Source of the DNA: Candidatus Woesearchaeota archaeon
GTDB lineage: Archaea; Nanobdellota; Nanobdellia; Woesearchaeales; JAFGPW01
Assembly (NCBI GenBank): GCA_016935985.1
Contig: JAFGPW010000002.1
Location: 65,991 to 129,990, forward strand
DNA length: 64,000 bases
Reading direction: 5' to 3'
Within the stretch, counting starts at the first letter, position 1. Each line of letters opens with the position of its first letter. Positions 29,598 through 39,546 of the stretch are shown here, piece after piece. Position numbers and translations under genes: made by a program. Below the pieces are notes generated by a model that worked only from the letters and a program-made list of their open reading frames with translations, made no database searches and had not been told where the DNA came from.

Positions 29598-30270
29598 CGA
29601 CGTCACGGCCTGTCTTCCTGTAGAGGACGTCGAAGGCCTCCATGAGGTCTTTCTCGTCGAAGAGGAAGATCATCTCCGGCATGCAGGTCAGGCACTCCCT
29701 GATGTTGACGCCGTGCAGCCACAGCTCCTGGGAGAGGATGCCGAGAACGCCCGGGGTCTCCCACGCCGCCTTCGAGAGGTCGATCACCACCTCACCCATC
29801 CCTCGCTCGATAGAGCGTATCCGCGCCTGCGGGAAGATGCCGGCGACCCGCTCGGCCGCGTCCTCGTCCACGATGACCTTCACCGCGTGCTGCGCCTGGA
29901 CGATCCGCAAGGTCGTCGCCGCGCTCGGACCCGCCTCGGTGAAGATGTCCTCGAGCTTCGCGAGCACGTCCTCCGCCTTCGCGAGCGTGACCGAAGCGAG
30001 ATGGTTCTTGCTCGAGAGCTTGGCGCCCCTGATGATGTCCCGCGCCTCCTCATAGGTCTCCTGGAACGGCCGCTCCTCCTCATATCGCCGGATCGCGGAT
30101 ATGATCGCGTCGAGCGAGGCGTTAGGGAGGATGTTCGCCTGGAACCGTTTGGCGAGCGCCCTCGTGTTGATCAGCCCTCGCGCCAGGTCGAGCCTCACTG
30201 ACGGCGACCGGGCGATCCCATTCCAGACAATCTCCCTTATTTTTGTCATATTCGACATATATATGCTCAA
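29578..30270 (-). CDS. Archaeal ACT-domain regulatory protein
   Basis: GLINTRALA, AIISAIRRY and TPGVL..GVNIRE motifs. Confidence 0.78.
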   Translation of the reverse strand: MSIYMSNMTKIREIVWNGIARSPSVRLDLARGLINTRALAKRFQANILPNASLDAIISAIRRYEEERPFQETYEEARDIIRGAKLSSKNHLASVTLAKAEDVLAKLEDIFTEAGPSAATTLRIVQAQHAVKVIVDEDAAERVAGIFPQARIRSIERGMGEVVIDLSKAAWETPGVLGILSQELWLHGVNIRECLTCMPEMIFLFDEKDLMEAFDVLYRKTGRDVASRTPR

Positions 30271-30356
30271 GTATTTAAAACTTTAGGTAAAAATGCCATA
30301 ACATTTTTAAACAAAGAGTGTGTTTTCAGCCAAACTCATTGTGGGGTTTAACACCA

Positions 30357-30479
30357 ATGGCACGGATCGTCTATGACGAGCAGTTTTTTCACGAGCAGGC
30401 AAAGCATGTGGAAAGGCAGCTCGTCATAGCGATCATCGCCTCCCTGGCGATCGTCGGCCTCGTCATCGTCCTGCTCTAG
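30357..30479 (+). CDS. Small membrane peptide (40 aa)
   Basis: MARIVYDEQFFHEQAKHVERQLVIAIIASLAIVGLVIVLL; not in the ORF track. Confidence 0.5.
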   Translation: MARIVYDEQFFHEQAKHVERQLVIAIIASLAIVGLVIVLL

Positions 30480-30560
30480 GCGGCCCGGCTCGGTTCTCGG
30501 CGCCGCGACCCATACCACGACCTGACAGGCCGCTTCCCCCACACTCCGAGGTGAAAGGAA

Positions 30561-30998
30561 ATGGCGAACGGAACAGCAGCCCTCGAACAGGAAATCAGTC
30601 AGACACCAATTCTCTCATCCCTCATCAATGCGGTCAGGGCCGCACCCGGCTATCTGGACCGCATGAAAACTCTCCTCGTCACCGTATTCGTCGCGAAGAA
30701 GGCGGATGATGCAGCGCAGACCATCCCTAATCCTGAGTACCCCTTCTTGAACATGCATGCCCCGGTCAATCCCTTCGGCATCCCGATGGGCGATTACGGG
30801 CCGCCGACCGATGCGGTCCCGGCGAAGCGGTTCCAAGGGCAGAAGATGCCACACGAGCATCCCCTTCCCACAAGCGACCCGCAGGAGATGTTCGAGCTCA
30901 CGCTCGACCAGGTCTACTCGCCCGCCTACTACCGGCGGATCGCCGCGATACGGCTGAACGAGCCGCGTGAGCCTCTTCGTCGCGGGACGGAGAACTGA
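30561..30998 (+). CDS. Hypothetical protein
   Basis: GAGGTGA RBS, 145 aa. Confidence 0.6.
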   Translation: MANGTAALEQEISQTPILSSLINAVRAAPGYLDRMKTLLVTVFVAKKADDAAQTIPNPEYPFLNMHAPVNPFGIPMGDYGPPTDAVPAKRFQGQKMPHEHPLPTSDPQEMFELTLDQVYSPAYYRRIAAIRLNEPREPLRRGTEN

Positions 30999-31002
30999 CC
31001 CG

Positions 31003-31548
31003 ATGGAGCACCACAACCTCGCCCAGCTCCTGAAGGAGCATGCCGGCGACCTGACCGGCTTCGCCGAAGGGGTGAAGGCCCTTGACCATCTCACCCTCGA
31101 CAGCTCAGCGATGGGAAATCTGGAGGAGGCCTTCCAGGCGCAGTACGCGAGTAGCCCGGAGCGCGACGCCGCCGGCAGTACGATCGCGAAGACGGTCGTC
31201 TACGAGCGGATGCTCGAGTCGGTGCGCAACCACGGCAAGAAGGACGCGTTCCGCGACCTCTTCCTGAGCATCGGCGACCAGGGCTGGCGGCCCTGCCAGG
31301 CGCGCGTCGACCAATACATACTCGAGCATGACCGCCGCTCGTTCCAGAGCTACCTCCACGGGATCAAGAACAACCTCCTCTATATCAGCAAGGAGCTCGA
31401 ATCCGTCAAATGGGTGAAGAACGTGAAGGTCGAGCACCAGCTCTGGTACCGCCTCACCGCTGTGGTGAACAACGCCCATCTCCACACCCAGATCTTCGAG
31501 CGGTATGCGAAGATGCCGTTGAAGGACGAGCCTAACAGAAACAGTTAA
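31003..31548 (+). CDS. Hypothetical protein
   Basis: Plausible helical protein with host codon usage. Confidence 0.65.
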   Translation: MEHHNLAQLLKEHAGDLTGFAEGVKALDHLTLDSSAMGNLEEAFQAQYASSPERDAAGSTIAKTVVYERMLESVRNHGKKDAFRDLFLSIGDQGWRPCQARVDQYILEHDRRSFQSYLHGIKNNLLYISKELESVKWVKNVKVEHQLWYRLTAVVNNAHLHTQIFERYAKMPLKDEPNRNS

Positions 31549-31573
31549 ATAACCGGTGCGGCTGCGTTGATGC

Positions 31574-32644
31574 ATGGACGCGGAATCATTCATCAGCGAG
31601 AACCGGAAGCGCATCGACCACCGGCTTTCCGCCTTCTTCGATGCCGAGCGCGCCGCCTTCGCCGCCACGAGCGGCTTCTCCGCTGAGATCCTCGACGAGA
31701 TCAGGGCCTTCGTGCTCCGGGACGGCAAGCGGATACGGCCGCTCCTGTGCCTGCTCGGCTACCACGGCTACGCAGAGCGCCTCGAGCATGAGGACGGCGT
31801 CCTCGATACCGCGTGCGCCCTCGAACTGCTCCACGACTTCTTCCTCGTCCACGACGACATCATCGACCGATCGGATCTGCGGCGGAACCTCCCGACGCTC
31901 CATAAGACGCTCGAGAGGAAATTCCTCAAGTATTCCGACGACCCGGCGCTCGGCGAGAACCTCGCGATCATCGCCGGCGACATCCTGCTCAGCCTCGGCT
32001 TCACGCTGCTCGCCGGCGCCGGCCTCACGCCTGGGACAAGGACGCTGCTCATGAAGCGGTACGTGCACACCATCAACCAGACCGGGCTCGGCGAGATCAA
32101 GGACATCTATTACTCCTTCCTCGACGTGGACGAGGTGAAGGAGGACGACGTCGCGCTCGTCAACCGGATCAAGACCGCGGTCTACACGATTGAGACCCCG
32201 CTCCTCATGGGCGCGATGGCGGCAGGCGCTCCCGAAGAGGAGCTCGCGCGCATCTCGGCGATGGCGATTCCGCTCGGCGAGGCCTTCCAGATGAAGGACG
32301 ACATCATCGGCATGTTCGGGACCGCGGAGGAGGTCGGGAAGCCGACCACGAGCGACCTCGAGGAGGGCAAGAAGACGCTCCTCATCCTCGACACGCTCCG
32401 GAGGGTGGATGGGCCTGACCATGACTTCATCAGGAGCAGGCTTGGCAGGAAACATATCCCTGTCGAGGATTTCGAGATGGTGAAGGAGAAGATGCGCGCG
32501 TGCGGCGCTCTCGACTACGCGGAGTCGATGGCCCGGGAGAAGACGCTTGCCGCGAAGCGCGAACTCGAGCGCCTGCATATCAAGCCGACATTCAAGGCCG
32601 TGCTCTCCGGGCTCGCTGACCTGCTGCTCGAGCGTAAGAAGTGA
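31574..32644 (+). CDS. Polyprenyl (GGPP-type) diphosphate synthase
   Basis: GKRIRP, HDDIID (FARM), KTA, FQMKDD (SARM) and DLEEGKKT. Confidence 0.93.
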   Translation: MDAESFISENRKRIDHRLSAFFDAERAAFAATSGFSAEILDEIRAFVLRDGKRIRPLLCLLGYHGYAERLEHEDGVLDTACALELLHDFFLVHDDIIDRSDLRRNLPTLHKTLERKFLKYSDDPALGENLAIIAGDILLSLGFTLLAGAGLTPGTRTLLMKRYVHTINQTGLGEIKDIYYSFLDVDEVKEDDVALVNRIKTAVYTIETPLLMGAMAAGAPEEELARISAMAIPLGEAFQMKDDIIGMFGTAEEVGKPTTSDLEEGKKTLLILDTLRRVDGPDHDFIRSRLGRKHIPVEDFEMVKEKMRACGALDYAESMAREKTLAAKRELERLHIKPTFKAVLSGLADLLLERKK

Positions 32645-32710
32645 CCACTCATCAGAAACAAAAAATTATTATACTTTCTCTCCCCACTCCCCTAACCATA
32701 GAGGGGGACC

Positions 32711-33316
32711 ATGCAGCAGCGACCCGATGACAGCATATTCTCAGGATCGGTCGAGGATATGGTGAGGGATGCCCTGGGCTCCTACCGCGTCGTCGACAGC
32801 TGGACGAACGATCTCTACCCGGTGCCGATACACCTCTCCTATGAGCATGAGAGCTTCCTGATGCTCTTCTCCCTGTGGCTCGGCGACGAGGAAGACAATG
32901 ACGAGGAGGATATCCTCATGCAGTGCATGGACCTCGCCGCCCAGATCGACTACCAGTTCAGCCAACGGTTCGGCTTCTCGATGGAGCCGCGCGACCCCCT
33001 CTCAGCCGCACGGCCGGAGGTCTTCAGGTCGAGGCATGAGCTGCTCTGCCGCATCAACGGCCCTTCCTGGGACGAGCGCAAGCATTACCTCACCCACTGC
33101 CTCCCCAAGAACGGCAGCCTCGACCCGTTCACCTCATACTGGGCGTGCGAATGCGACTTCATGGAAGAGCGCAAGAGCATGGGCTTCTTCGAGGCGGCGA
33201 ATCGGGCGGCGGCGCGCGCCGTCTCGATCGTCAGGTTCATATTCGATAACCGCGATGAGTATTCCTTCTATTTCATCGACTCGCCGACAAAGAGGATGAG
33301 GTTGGAGTTCCCGTAG
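32711..33316 (+). CDS. Hypothetical protein
   Basis: 201-aa ORF after a TATA-like element. Confidence 0.6.
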   Translation: MQQRPDDSIFSGSVEDMVRDALGSYRVVDSWTNDLYPVPIHLSYEHESFLMLFSLWLGDEEDNDEEDILMQCMDLAAQIDYQFSQRFGFSMEPRDPLSAARPEVFRSRHELLCRINGPSWDERKHYLTHCLPKNGSLDPFTSYWACECDFMEERKSMGFFEAANRAAARAVSIVRFIFDNRDEYSFYFIDSPTKRMRLEFP

Positions 33317-33319
33317 TCC

Positions 33320-33865
33320 ATGGAAACCGGCGACCATATCATCAGGAACACCTGCATCGAGGCGCTCTGCTGGTCCGAAGGGGCGGCCCCGGCCGTCTAT
33401 TTCGGAGACGGCAGTACGGCGGTCGTCGGCATCTACCTGCCGGCCCAGCTCGAGCATCACGTCACCGTGCACCATTTCGGCATCATGATGGGCACCGAGC
33501 CGCAGCGGATACGCCTGCTGGTCGAGGACTACCTCGCCGCACGGACACCCCTCCCGGTGGCCGGACAGGCGGCGATGCAGGAGCCCGTCGTCGGCGGGAT
33601 CCGCTCTGGCATGCGCGCCATCCTCAGCGATGCGGCGCCCCTCTTCGTGGATGACGCTTCCTATATCGCGAAATACATCATGCTGCCGTTCGAACGCGGG
33701 CTCCCGCCGTCGTTCTGGCTCAGGGTCGATGATCCTGACATCAGAAGGGCCTACGCCCACCAGCAGAACGAGTTCTTCGCGATGAACTTCCTCGTCCGCG
33801 ACGCCCTCATCTACGACGTCTACCGGAGAAGGCTCGTCGGGCGGAAGCGGCCGCTCAGGAAGTGA
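33320..33865 (+). CDS. Hypothetical protein
   Basis: 181-aa ORF in an operon with the previous gene. Confidence 0.6.
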   Translation: METGDHIIRNTCIEALCWSEGAAPAVYFGDGSTAVVGIYLPAQLEHHVTVHHFGIMMGTEPQRIRLLVEDYLAARTPLPVAGQAAMQEPVVGGIRSGMRAILSDAAPLFVDDASYIAKYIMLPFERGLPPSFWLRVDDPDIRRAYAHQQNEFFAMNFLVRDALIYDVYRRRLVGRKRPLRK

Positions 33866-34370
33866 GGAGCTTCGCGATAGCGCTCCCGAACGCCCGAGAG
33901 GCGTCAGGCCCGTTCGCGGTGACGACCTTCCCGTCGACCACCACCGGCTCATCCACCCACTCTGCACCGTGCTCCCTGAGGTTGACCTTCTGGCTCGGCC
34001 AGGAGGTGACCCTTTTCCCCTTGAGGACTCCAGCGTTCGCGAGGACCGAGGGCGCGATGCAGATCGCGGCGAGGACCTTCCCTTCATGCTCCATCTCCTG
34101 AGCGAGCATGTGGGCCTTGGAATGCCGGAAATAGAGCGTCGCGCCGGGCCCTCCGACGAAGACGATGGCATCGTAGTTCGAGCCGCACTCGTCGAGGGTT
34201 ATGTCGACGCGCTGCCTCCTGCCTGCCTTGGATACCGCGGCCGAGGTCAGCGACGCGGTGACGACCCCGATCCCCGCTTCCTCCAGCATCCGTCTCGGCT
34301 CGTCGTATTCCTCGTCCCTGAAATCCTCAGGGGCGATGATCATCAGCGCGCGTCTGGGCATCTTCAGCAC
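33855..34370 (-). CDS. DJ-1/PfpI family protein
   Basis: FRDEE, VFVGGPG, AAICIAP and VTANGP motifs. Confidence 0.92.
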   Translation of the reverse strand: MLKMPRRALMIIAPEDFRDEEYDEPRRMLEEAGIGVVTASLTSAAVSKAGRRQRVDITLDECGSNYDAIVFVGGPGATLYFRHSKAHMLAQEMEHEGKVLAAICIAPSVLANAGVLKGKRVTSWPSQKVNLREHGAEWVDEPVVVDGKVVTANGPDASRAFGSAIAKLLTS

Positions 34371-34371
34371 C

Positions 34372-35211
34372 TCATGGCAGCCTTGAGTAGGTTTCCTTCA
34401 TAAGCTTTGCGTCTCCCTCGATGTTCGGCGACTCGCAGACGACGACCCCCTTCGCCCTGAAGCCTTTGAGCGATGCGAGGAGCTCCTTCCAGGCGAGCGG
34501 GCATTCCTTCAGGTTGACATGGTTCCGCTCGCCCTTCGGTCCGTACTCGATCCCCGAGATGTGGATGTGCATGTTGTCAAGGGCTTCCCTGCCGAGCCCC
34601 TTCTCGACCTTCCCGAGCGCCTGGTCCCAATCCTTCCTGCCGTTGCGCTTCCCTTGGTACCTGGCGTAGTGATGCGAGAAGTCGATGCACGGCAGCACCT
34701 GCCCGAGATCCTGGGAGATGCGGATGAGCTCGTCGAGGTCGCCCCACTGGGTCTCCTTACCGGTGAGCTCCGGCCTGATCCAGATGCTGTTCCCTTCGTC
34801 CTTGAGCTTTTTCGTTATCGCCGCGAGCCGTTCCTTCATCAGCCGGTAGACCATCTCCTTATCCCGCTGCATATAGAACCCCGCATGGAAGGTGACCGAG
34901 AATGCGCCGGCGAGATGGCCGATCCTGGCAGACTGGAGTATCCGCTGCTCTGAGGCGTGGATCTTCGGCTTCTCGAGGGAGGTCAGGTTGATCCAATAGG
35001 GGCCGTGGACCGAGAGGACCTTGCCTTCCCTCTTCCGGGCGGCGTCGACCTCCTTCGCCATGTCCTCTTTCATGTGCACGCCGCGCACGAACTCGATCTC
35101 CATGTTGTCGAGGCCGAGCTTCCCGAGCTGCCCGATCCCTGCCACCGTCCCCCTCTCAGGCGTCGAGAGAGGGATGCCGGCGGTGCCGAACAGGAGCCTG
35201 TCGAATCCCAT
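34372..35211 (-). CDS. nfo: Endonuclease IV (AP endonuclease family 2), archaeal type
   Basis: FGTAGIP, HGPYWINL, FHAG, PELTGK, CIDFSH, HIHISGI and ESP motifs. Confidence 0.9.
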   Translation of the reverse strand: MGFDRLLFGTAGIPLSTPERGTVAGIGQLGKLGLDNMEIEFVRGVHMKEDMAKEVDAARKREGKVLSVHGPYWINLTSLEKPKIHASEQRILQSARIGHLAGAFSVTFHAGFYMQRDKEMVYRLMKERLAAITKKLKDEGNSIWIRPELTGKETQWGDLDELIRISQDLGQVLPCIDFSHHYARYQGKRNGRKDWDQALGKVEKGLGREALDNMHIHISGIEYGPKGERNHVNLKECPLAWKELLASLKGFRAKGVVVCESPNIEGDAKLMKETYSRLP

Positions 35212-35328
35212 GGGGGTGTCGTAGCGCAGGTCTGCTTATAAAGGTTATGGGCTGGTCGTATTATTATGTATTACTTGTTGGTGGTGAATTCAGATAAGTA
35301 TTTAAGGAGGTGTGTATCAACACCCTCC

Positions 35329-36012
35329 ATGGCATTCTCGCTCGCCGCCCTAGAGCTGCTCCTCTCGCTCTCAGGGAACCCACCGATAAGTGCTCTCGAT
35401 GACACTATCGCCGTCCCCCGTCCCCAGCTGGACCCGCCGCCGATCGAGCGGCTCCTGGATCCTGACGAACAGGATCATATCATCCCGAAGAAAGACATGG
35501 ACCGGCTCTATCTGGGCTCTGCGGCGATCATGCTGCGGATCGGGCAGCTCCATCTCGCCGGCGTCTCGGTGACGAGCCTGGATACGGCGCAGTACTCCAG
35601 ACGGGAGCTCAAGATGATCGAATCCGAGCTGCCTGGCCTCCTCACCTATGAGGCGTTCGTCAAGCAGGATTCCGCCACCTGCCTGATAGGCTTCTTCACG
35701 AAGAGCGAATATGTCTTCCCCGATTCGGCCGTCGAACGGCCGATGATGCTCATGAACATCGGGTTCGAGCGCTATCAGCCGCTCGCCCCCGGCGTCTCGC
35801 TCACCTCGGTGCGGATCCTCGTCGACTACAACCGTGGGCTCGTTGCGATGTACGACACCCCTCTCTTCTATATTCCCGACTCTGCCGACCTGCGTCAGAA
35901 GGTCTGTTCTGGCCTTTCCAGACTCACCACTCCGGATCTCGTCGAGATGCTCAATGCCTACCAGCAGAAGCTCCTCGAGAGCCTCGCGGAGCCGGCGCTC
36001 AAGGACGAATAA
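35329..36012 (+). CDS. Hypothetical protein
   Basis: ORF after a TTTAAG TATA-like element, hydrophobic N-terminus. Confidence 0.55.
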   Translation: MAFSLAALELLLSLSGNPPISALDDTIAVPRPQLDPPPIERLLDPDEQDHIIPKKDMDRLYLGSAAIMLRIGQLHLAGVSVTSLDTAQYSRRELKMIESELPGLLTYEAFVKQDSATCLIGFFTKSEYVFPDSAVERPMMLMNIGFERYQPLAPGVSLTSVRILVDYNRGLVAMYDTPLFYIPDSADLRQKVCSGLSRLTTPDLVEMLNAYQQKLLESLAEPALKDE

Positions 36013-36196
36013 TTTATATACTAGCACCCCCATCACAGCCACCATGCGCATCTTCGACTGGCTCTTCCAGCAGCTCTTCCAGGGCATCTTCCTTCTGAAC
36101 ACCTGCTAGTCCGGGCCCCAGAGCCTCACGACGGTAAGCCTTATCTCCATCACTTTTATATATCCTTCATGAATAATGGGCACGAGGTGGGATACA

Positions 36197-38101
36197 ATGC
36201 CACAGGTCAGCATCACCTTCCAGGACGGATCACAGAAGAAGTACGACGCAGGGATCACGCTCGGCGAGATCGCGAAGGACCAGGAGGGCCGTTTCGGCAA
36301 GACCATCCTTGCGGCGAGCGTGGATGACCATCTCCAGGACCTCTCCAGGACGGTCGAGAAGGACTCTAGCGTCGTCTTCTTGACCTTCGACACCCACGAG
36401 GGCAGGGACGTCTTCAGGCACAGCACCAGCCACATCCTCGCCCAGGCGGTTCTCCGCATCTGGCCTGACGCGAAGCCCACCATCGGCCCGGCGATCGAGG
36501 ACGGGTTCTACTACGACTTCGACATGCCGCCGGTAGGCCCTGAAGACCTGAAGCGGATCGAGAAGGAGATGAGCCGGGTCGTCCAGGAGAAGATCCCGAT
36601 CGAGCGCAAGGAGGTCTCGAAGGCGGACGCGCTCAGGGAGTTCAAGGGAAACGAGTATAAGATCAGGATGATCAAGGAGCTCGATGAGGGGACCATCACG
36701 ATCTACAAGCAGGGCGACTTCTCCGACCTCTGCAGGGGCCCGCACGTCCCGCACACCGGCTATATCAGGTTCTTCGCCCTGACCAAGGTCGCGGGAGCCT
36801 ACTGGCGCGGCGACGCGAAGAACAAGATGCTCCAGAGGATCTACGGCATCTCGTTCCCCGAGAAGGCGCAGCTCGACGAGTACAAGCGGCTCCAGCAGGA
36901 GGCGAGGCAGCGCGACCACCGCAAGATCGGCCGCGAGCTCGACCTCTTCAGCTTCCAGGAGGAGGGGCCCGGTTTCCCGTTCTGGCACCCCGGCGGCATG
37001 GTGCTGCGCAACCAGATCGAGGCGTTCTACCGCAGGCTCCACCACGACCACGGCTATGTCGAGATCAAGACCCCTATCATCCTCTCCCGAACGCTCTGGG
37101 AGAAGTCGGGCCACTGGGACCACTACCGGGAGAACATGTACTTCACGACGATCGACGGGGCGGACTACGCGGTGAAGCCGATGAACTGTCCCGGCGGCGT
37201 GCTCGTCTTCAAGAGCAGGATACGCTCGTACAAGGAGCTCCCCATGAAGGTCGCCGAGTTCGGGCTCGTGCACCGCCACGAGCTCGCGGGTGTGCTCCAC
37301 GGCCTCTTCCGCGTCAGGGTCTTCACCCAGGACGACGCCCATGTCTACTGCCTGCCCGAGCAGCTGAAGGACGAGATAATCAAGGTGATCGACCTCGTCT
37401 TCGAGCTCTACCACGCCTTCGGGTTCGAGGACTTCGACATCGAGCTCTCGACCAGGCCCGAGAAGTCGATAGGGAGCGACGCGATGTGGGAGAACGCGGA
37501 AGGAGCGCTCCGCGACGCCCTCGAGGAGAAGAGGATACCCTATAAGCTCAACCCCGGCGACGGCGCGTTCTACGGCCCGAAGATCGACTTCCACATCAAG
37601 GACTGCATGCGGCGCAGCTGGCAATGCGGCACCATCCAGGTGGATTTCGCGATGCCGGAGACCCTCGACATCACCTACATGGGCGAGGATGGCACCCAGA
37701 ACCATCGCCCGGTCATGATCCACCGCGCCATCATGGGCTCGATCGAGCGGTTCATCGGGATCCTCCTCGAGCATACGGCAGGCAAATTGCCGATGTGGCT
37801 CAGCCCGGTGCAGGTGAAGATCCTCACGGTCTCGGAGAAGTTCACCGATTATGCGAACGGCGTCGCGGCGAAGATGGATGCGGCTGGCCTGCGCGTGCGC
37901 GTGGACGACCGGAACGAGTCGATCGCGAAGAAGGTGCGCGAGGCTCAGCTCCAGAAGGTCAACTACATCCTCGTGGTCGGCGAGAAGGAGCAGAAGGGCG
38001 GGACGGTGGCCGTCCGCACGCGCGCGAACGAGGTCAGGGGCGAGCAGGAGGTCGCGGACTTCATCAGGGACGCGTGCAAGGAGGCGGATTCGAGGGGGTA
38101 G
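36197..38101 (+). CDS. thrS: Threonyl-tRNA synthetase (bacterial-type, TGS + SAD editing domain)
   Basis: HSTSHIL, DLCRGPH, RDHRKIG, KPMNCP, AFYGPKID and MIHRA motifs. Confidence 0.97.
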   Translation: MPQVSITFQDGSQKKYDAGITLGEIAKDQEGRFGKTILAASVDDHLQDLSRTVEKDSSVVFLTFDTHEGRDVFRHSTSHILAQAVLRIWPDAKPTIGPAIEDGFYYDFDMPPVGPEDLKRIEKEMSRVVQEKIPIERKEVSKADALREFKGNEYKIRMIKELDEGTITIYKQGDFSDLCRGPHVPHTGYIRFFALTKVAGAYWRGDAKNKMLQRIYGISFPEKAQLDEYKRLQQEARQRDHRKIGRELDLFSFQEEGPGFPFWHPGGMVLRNQIEAFYRRLHHDHGYVEIKTPIILSRTLWEKSGHWDHYRENMYFTTIDGADYAVKPMNCPGGVLVFKSRIRSYKELPMKVAEFGLVHRHELAGVLHGLFRVRVFTQDDAHVYCLPEQLKDEIIKVIDLVFELYHAFGFEDFDIELSTRPEKSIGSDAMWENAEGALRDALEEKRIPYKLNPGDGAFYGPKIDFHIKDCMRRSWQCGTIQVDFAMPETLDITYMGEDGTQNHRPVMIHRAIMGSIERFIGILLEHTAGKLPMWLSPVQVKILTVSEKFTDYANGVAAKMDAAGLRVRVDDRNESIAKKVREAQLQKVNYILVVGEKEQKGGTVAVRTRANEVRGEQEVADFIRDACKEADSRG

Positions 38102-38116
38102 GGGCGGATCCTTGCG

Positions 38117-38138
38117 AACCGTTAAATTCCTGTTATAC
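38117..38138. repeat. Distal half att site (right arm only)
   Basis: AACCGTTAAATTCCTGTTATAC resembles the right arms AACCCTTTAAGCCCTGTTA and TAAATCGCTGTTA. No left arm is visible; it starts 16 nt after the thrS stop. Confidence 0.6.
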
Positions 38139-38152
38139 GAGGGTGAGGAGCG

Positions 38153-38596
38153 TTAGCGACGAGAAGTTGGCGTAGGGCGGGTTTCATAAAATTTTTTGAG
38201 AATATCGTCTAATTTATTCCAATCTTCACCAACAACAATAGGTTTCAAGGCAATTAGTTCTTCTCTATAACTTACTTGCTGTGGGATGTCATTCAATAAA
38301 AAAATCGGGATTTTTCTATAAAATGCCAGGCCCATTTCCAAAAAAGAATTTCCACCAATATATCCTGCAATTCCATTTTTATCATAATTTGCAACATAAA
38401 CGGCATGAGACGAGTCAATTTTTTGGATATGTTCATTGATTAAATCGTATTGAATTTTTGCTAATGAATCTTCACCTAAGTGGTGGAAATCTTTCATGCT
38501 TGGCAATAGAACCTCGTGTCCTATTTCTTCGAGAGATTTTTTTATATCCCACAGCTTCTCAAAAAATTTTGCACTTGAACATAATGTAATTTTCAT
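38153..38596 (-). CDS. Cassette 1: nucleoside 2-deoxyribosyltransferase-like protein
   Basis: MKITLCSS..KIDSSHAVYVAN..GYIGGNSFLEMGLAF..IPIFLL pattern. Confidence 0.72.
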   Translation of the reverse strand: MKITLCSSAKFFEKLWDIKKSLEEIGHEVLLPSMKDFHHLGEDSLAKIQYDLINEHIQKIDSSHAVYVANYDKNGIAGYIGGNSFLEMGLAFYRKIPIFLLNDIPQQVSYREELIALKPIVVGEDWNKLDDILKKFYETRPTPTSRR

Positions 38597-38651
38597 AATT
38601 ATATTGGAATAAGTATTAGTTTAAATATTTAACCCGCCCGAAGCCAATTAC

Positions 38652-38735
38652 GCCTAACATCGCGATTAAGAGAAGTTCGGCGTAGCCGAATTTGGACGGA
38701 GCCTGCAAGGCGGAGTCTCTTAATCGCTGTTATGT
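38652..38735. repeat. attC-like site A
   Basis: GCCTAACA-TC-GCGATTAAGAGA...TCTCTTAATCGC-TGTTATGT; internal hairpins with GTA and GCA loops. Confidence 0.9.
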
Positions 38736-38796
38736 GGTGAGCCTGTAAGGCGAACGAGGGAGCATAGCGACCGACAGTATGACGCAGACAAAAGAT

Positions 38797-38907
38797 TTAG
38801 AAAAATTTTCCTATTAATATTCCAGCCACAATAAGTAAAGCTGCGATTATTAACAGAATAATCAATAGTGAAAATTTTTTTCGTTTTCTAAGTAATTCTC
38901 CTAACAT
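38797..38907 (-). CDS. Cassette 2: 36-aa single-TM peptide
   Basis: MLGELLRKRKKFSLLIILLIIAALLIVAGILIGKFF; TTTATATA about 23 nt upstream; fills the cassette exactly; not in the ORF track. Confidence 0.72.
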   Translation of the reverse strand: MLGELLRKRKKFSLLIILLIIAALLIVAGILIGKFF

Positions 38908-38958
38908 ATTTTTAGTTTATTGATTAGAATATATAAATCTTTTGTCGAGTAATATTGC

Positions 38959-39046
38959 ACATAACATCGGGATTTACCGAAGTTCGCGAAGCGAATTTGG
39001 ACGAAGAAACCTGCAAGGTTTCGTAGTCGGTAAATCGCTGTTAGTT
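38959..39046. repeat. attC-like site B
   Basis: ACATAACA-TC-GGGATTTACCGA...TCGGTAAATCGC-TGTTAGTT. Confidence 0.9.
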
Positions 39047-39123
39047 GCGTCACAAAGTGACCGAGGGATAGTGCAACGATTTTTCACGAAGTGAAAAAAT
39101 CCCGAAGAGTTGAGAAAAGAAAT

Positions 39124-39309
39124 CTAATGTTGTGTTTTAAAGAAATAAGCACTTGCAATACCAAATCCAATTGTTAAAATCCATAAGATTATTGTAACTG
39201 TGCCAGAGCCACCTAGAGGAGACATTAATGCGGCAAAACCAAGAATAAATGTAATAATTGCTAGCACAATTGCCAATGCTCTATGTCCCATAAAACTCCA
39301 AAATGTCAT
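39124..39309 (-). CDS. Cassette 3: small two-TM membrane protein
   Basis: Start MTFWSFMGHR about 26 nt after TTTATAAA; two hydrophobic helices. Confidence 0.72.
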   Translation of the reverse strand: MTFWSFMGHRALAIVLAIITFILGFAALMSPLGGSGTVTIILWILTIGFGIASAYFFKTQH

Positions 39310-39372
39310 ATTACAATATAGATATTGGATTTGGTTTATAAATTTTTCGTCAAGATTTCTTTTTTCAATTGC

Positions 39373-39454
39373 AACTAACATCGCGATTAAAAAAAGTTCG
39401 CGAAGCGAATTTGGGAAAATCCTGCAAGGATTTTCTTTTTAATCGCTGTTATAC
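39373..39454. repeat. attC-like site C
   Basis: AACTAACA-TC-GCGATTAAAAA...TTTTTAATCGC-TGTTATAC. Confidence 0.9.
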
Positions 39455-39546
39455 GCCCCGAACAAAATCTTTGATTTTGTGAGAGCCTGCAAGGCGTGGT
39501 CGAGGAGTTTTGAAAAAACTCCGAAGAAGTCGTAAGAGATGCCGTC

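Noticed and set aside
36044..36109. 21-aa ORF MRIFDWLFQQLFQGIFLLNTC upstream of thrS as a leader peptide
   Set aside because: It has a single Thr codon and no attenuator or T-box structure is seen; thrS has its own TATA box.
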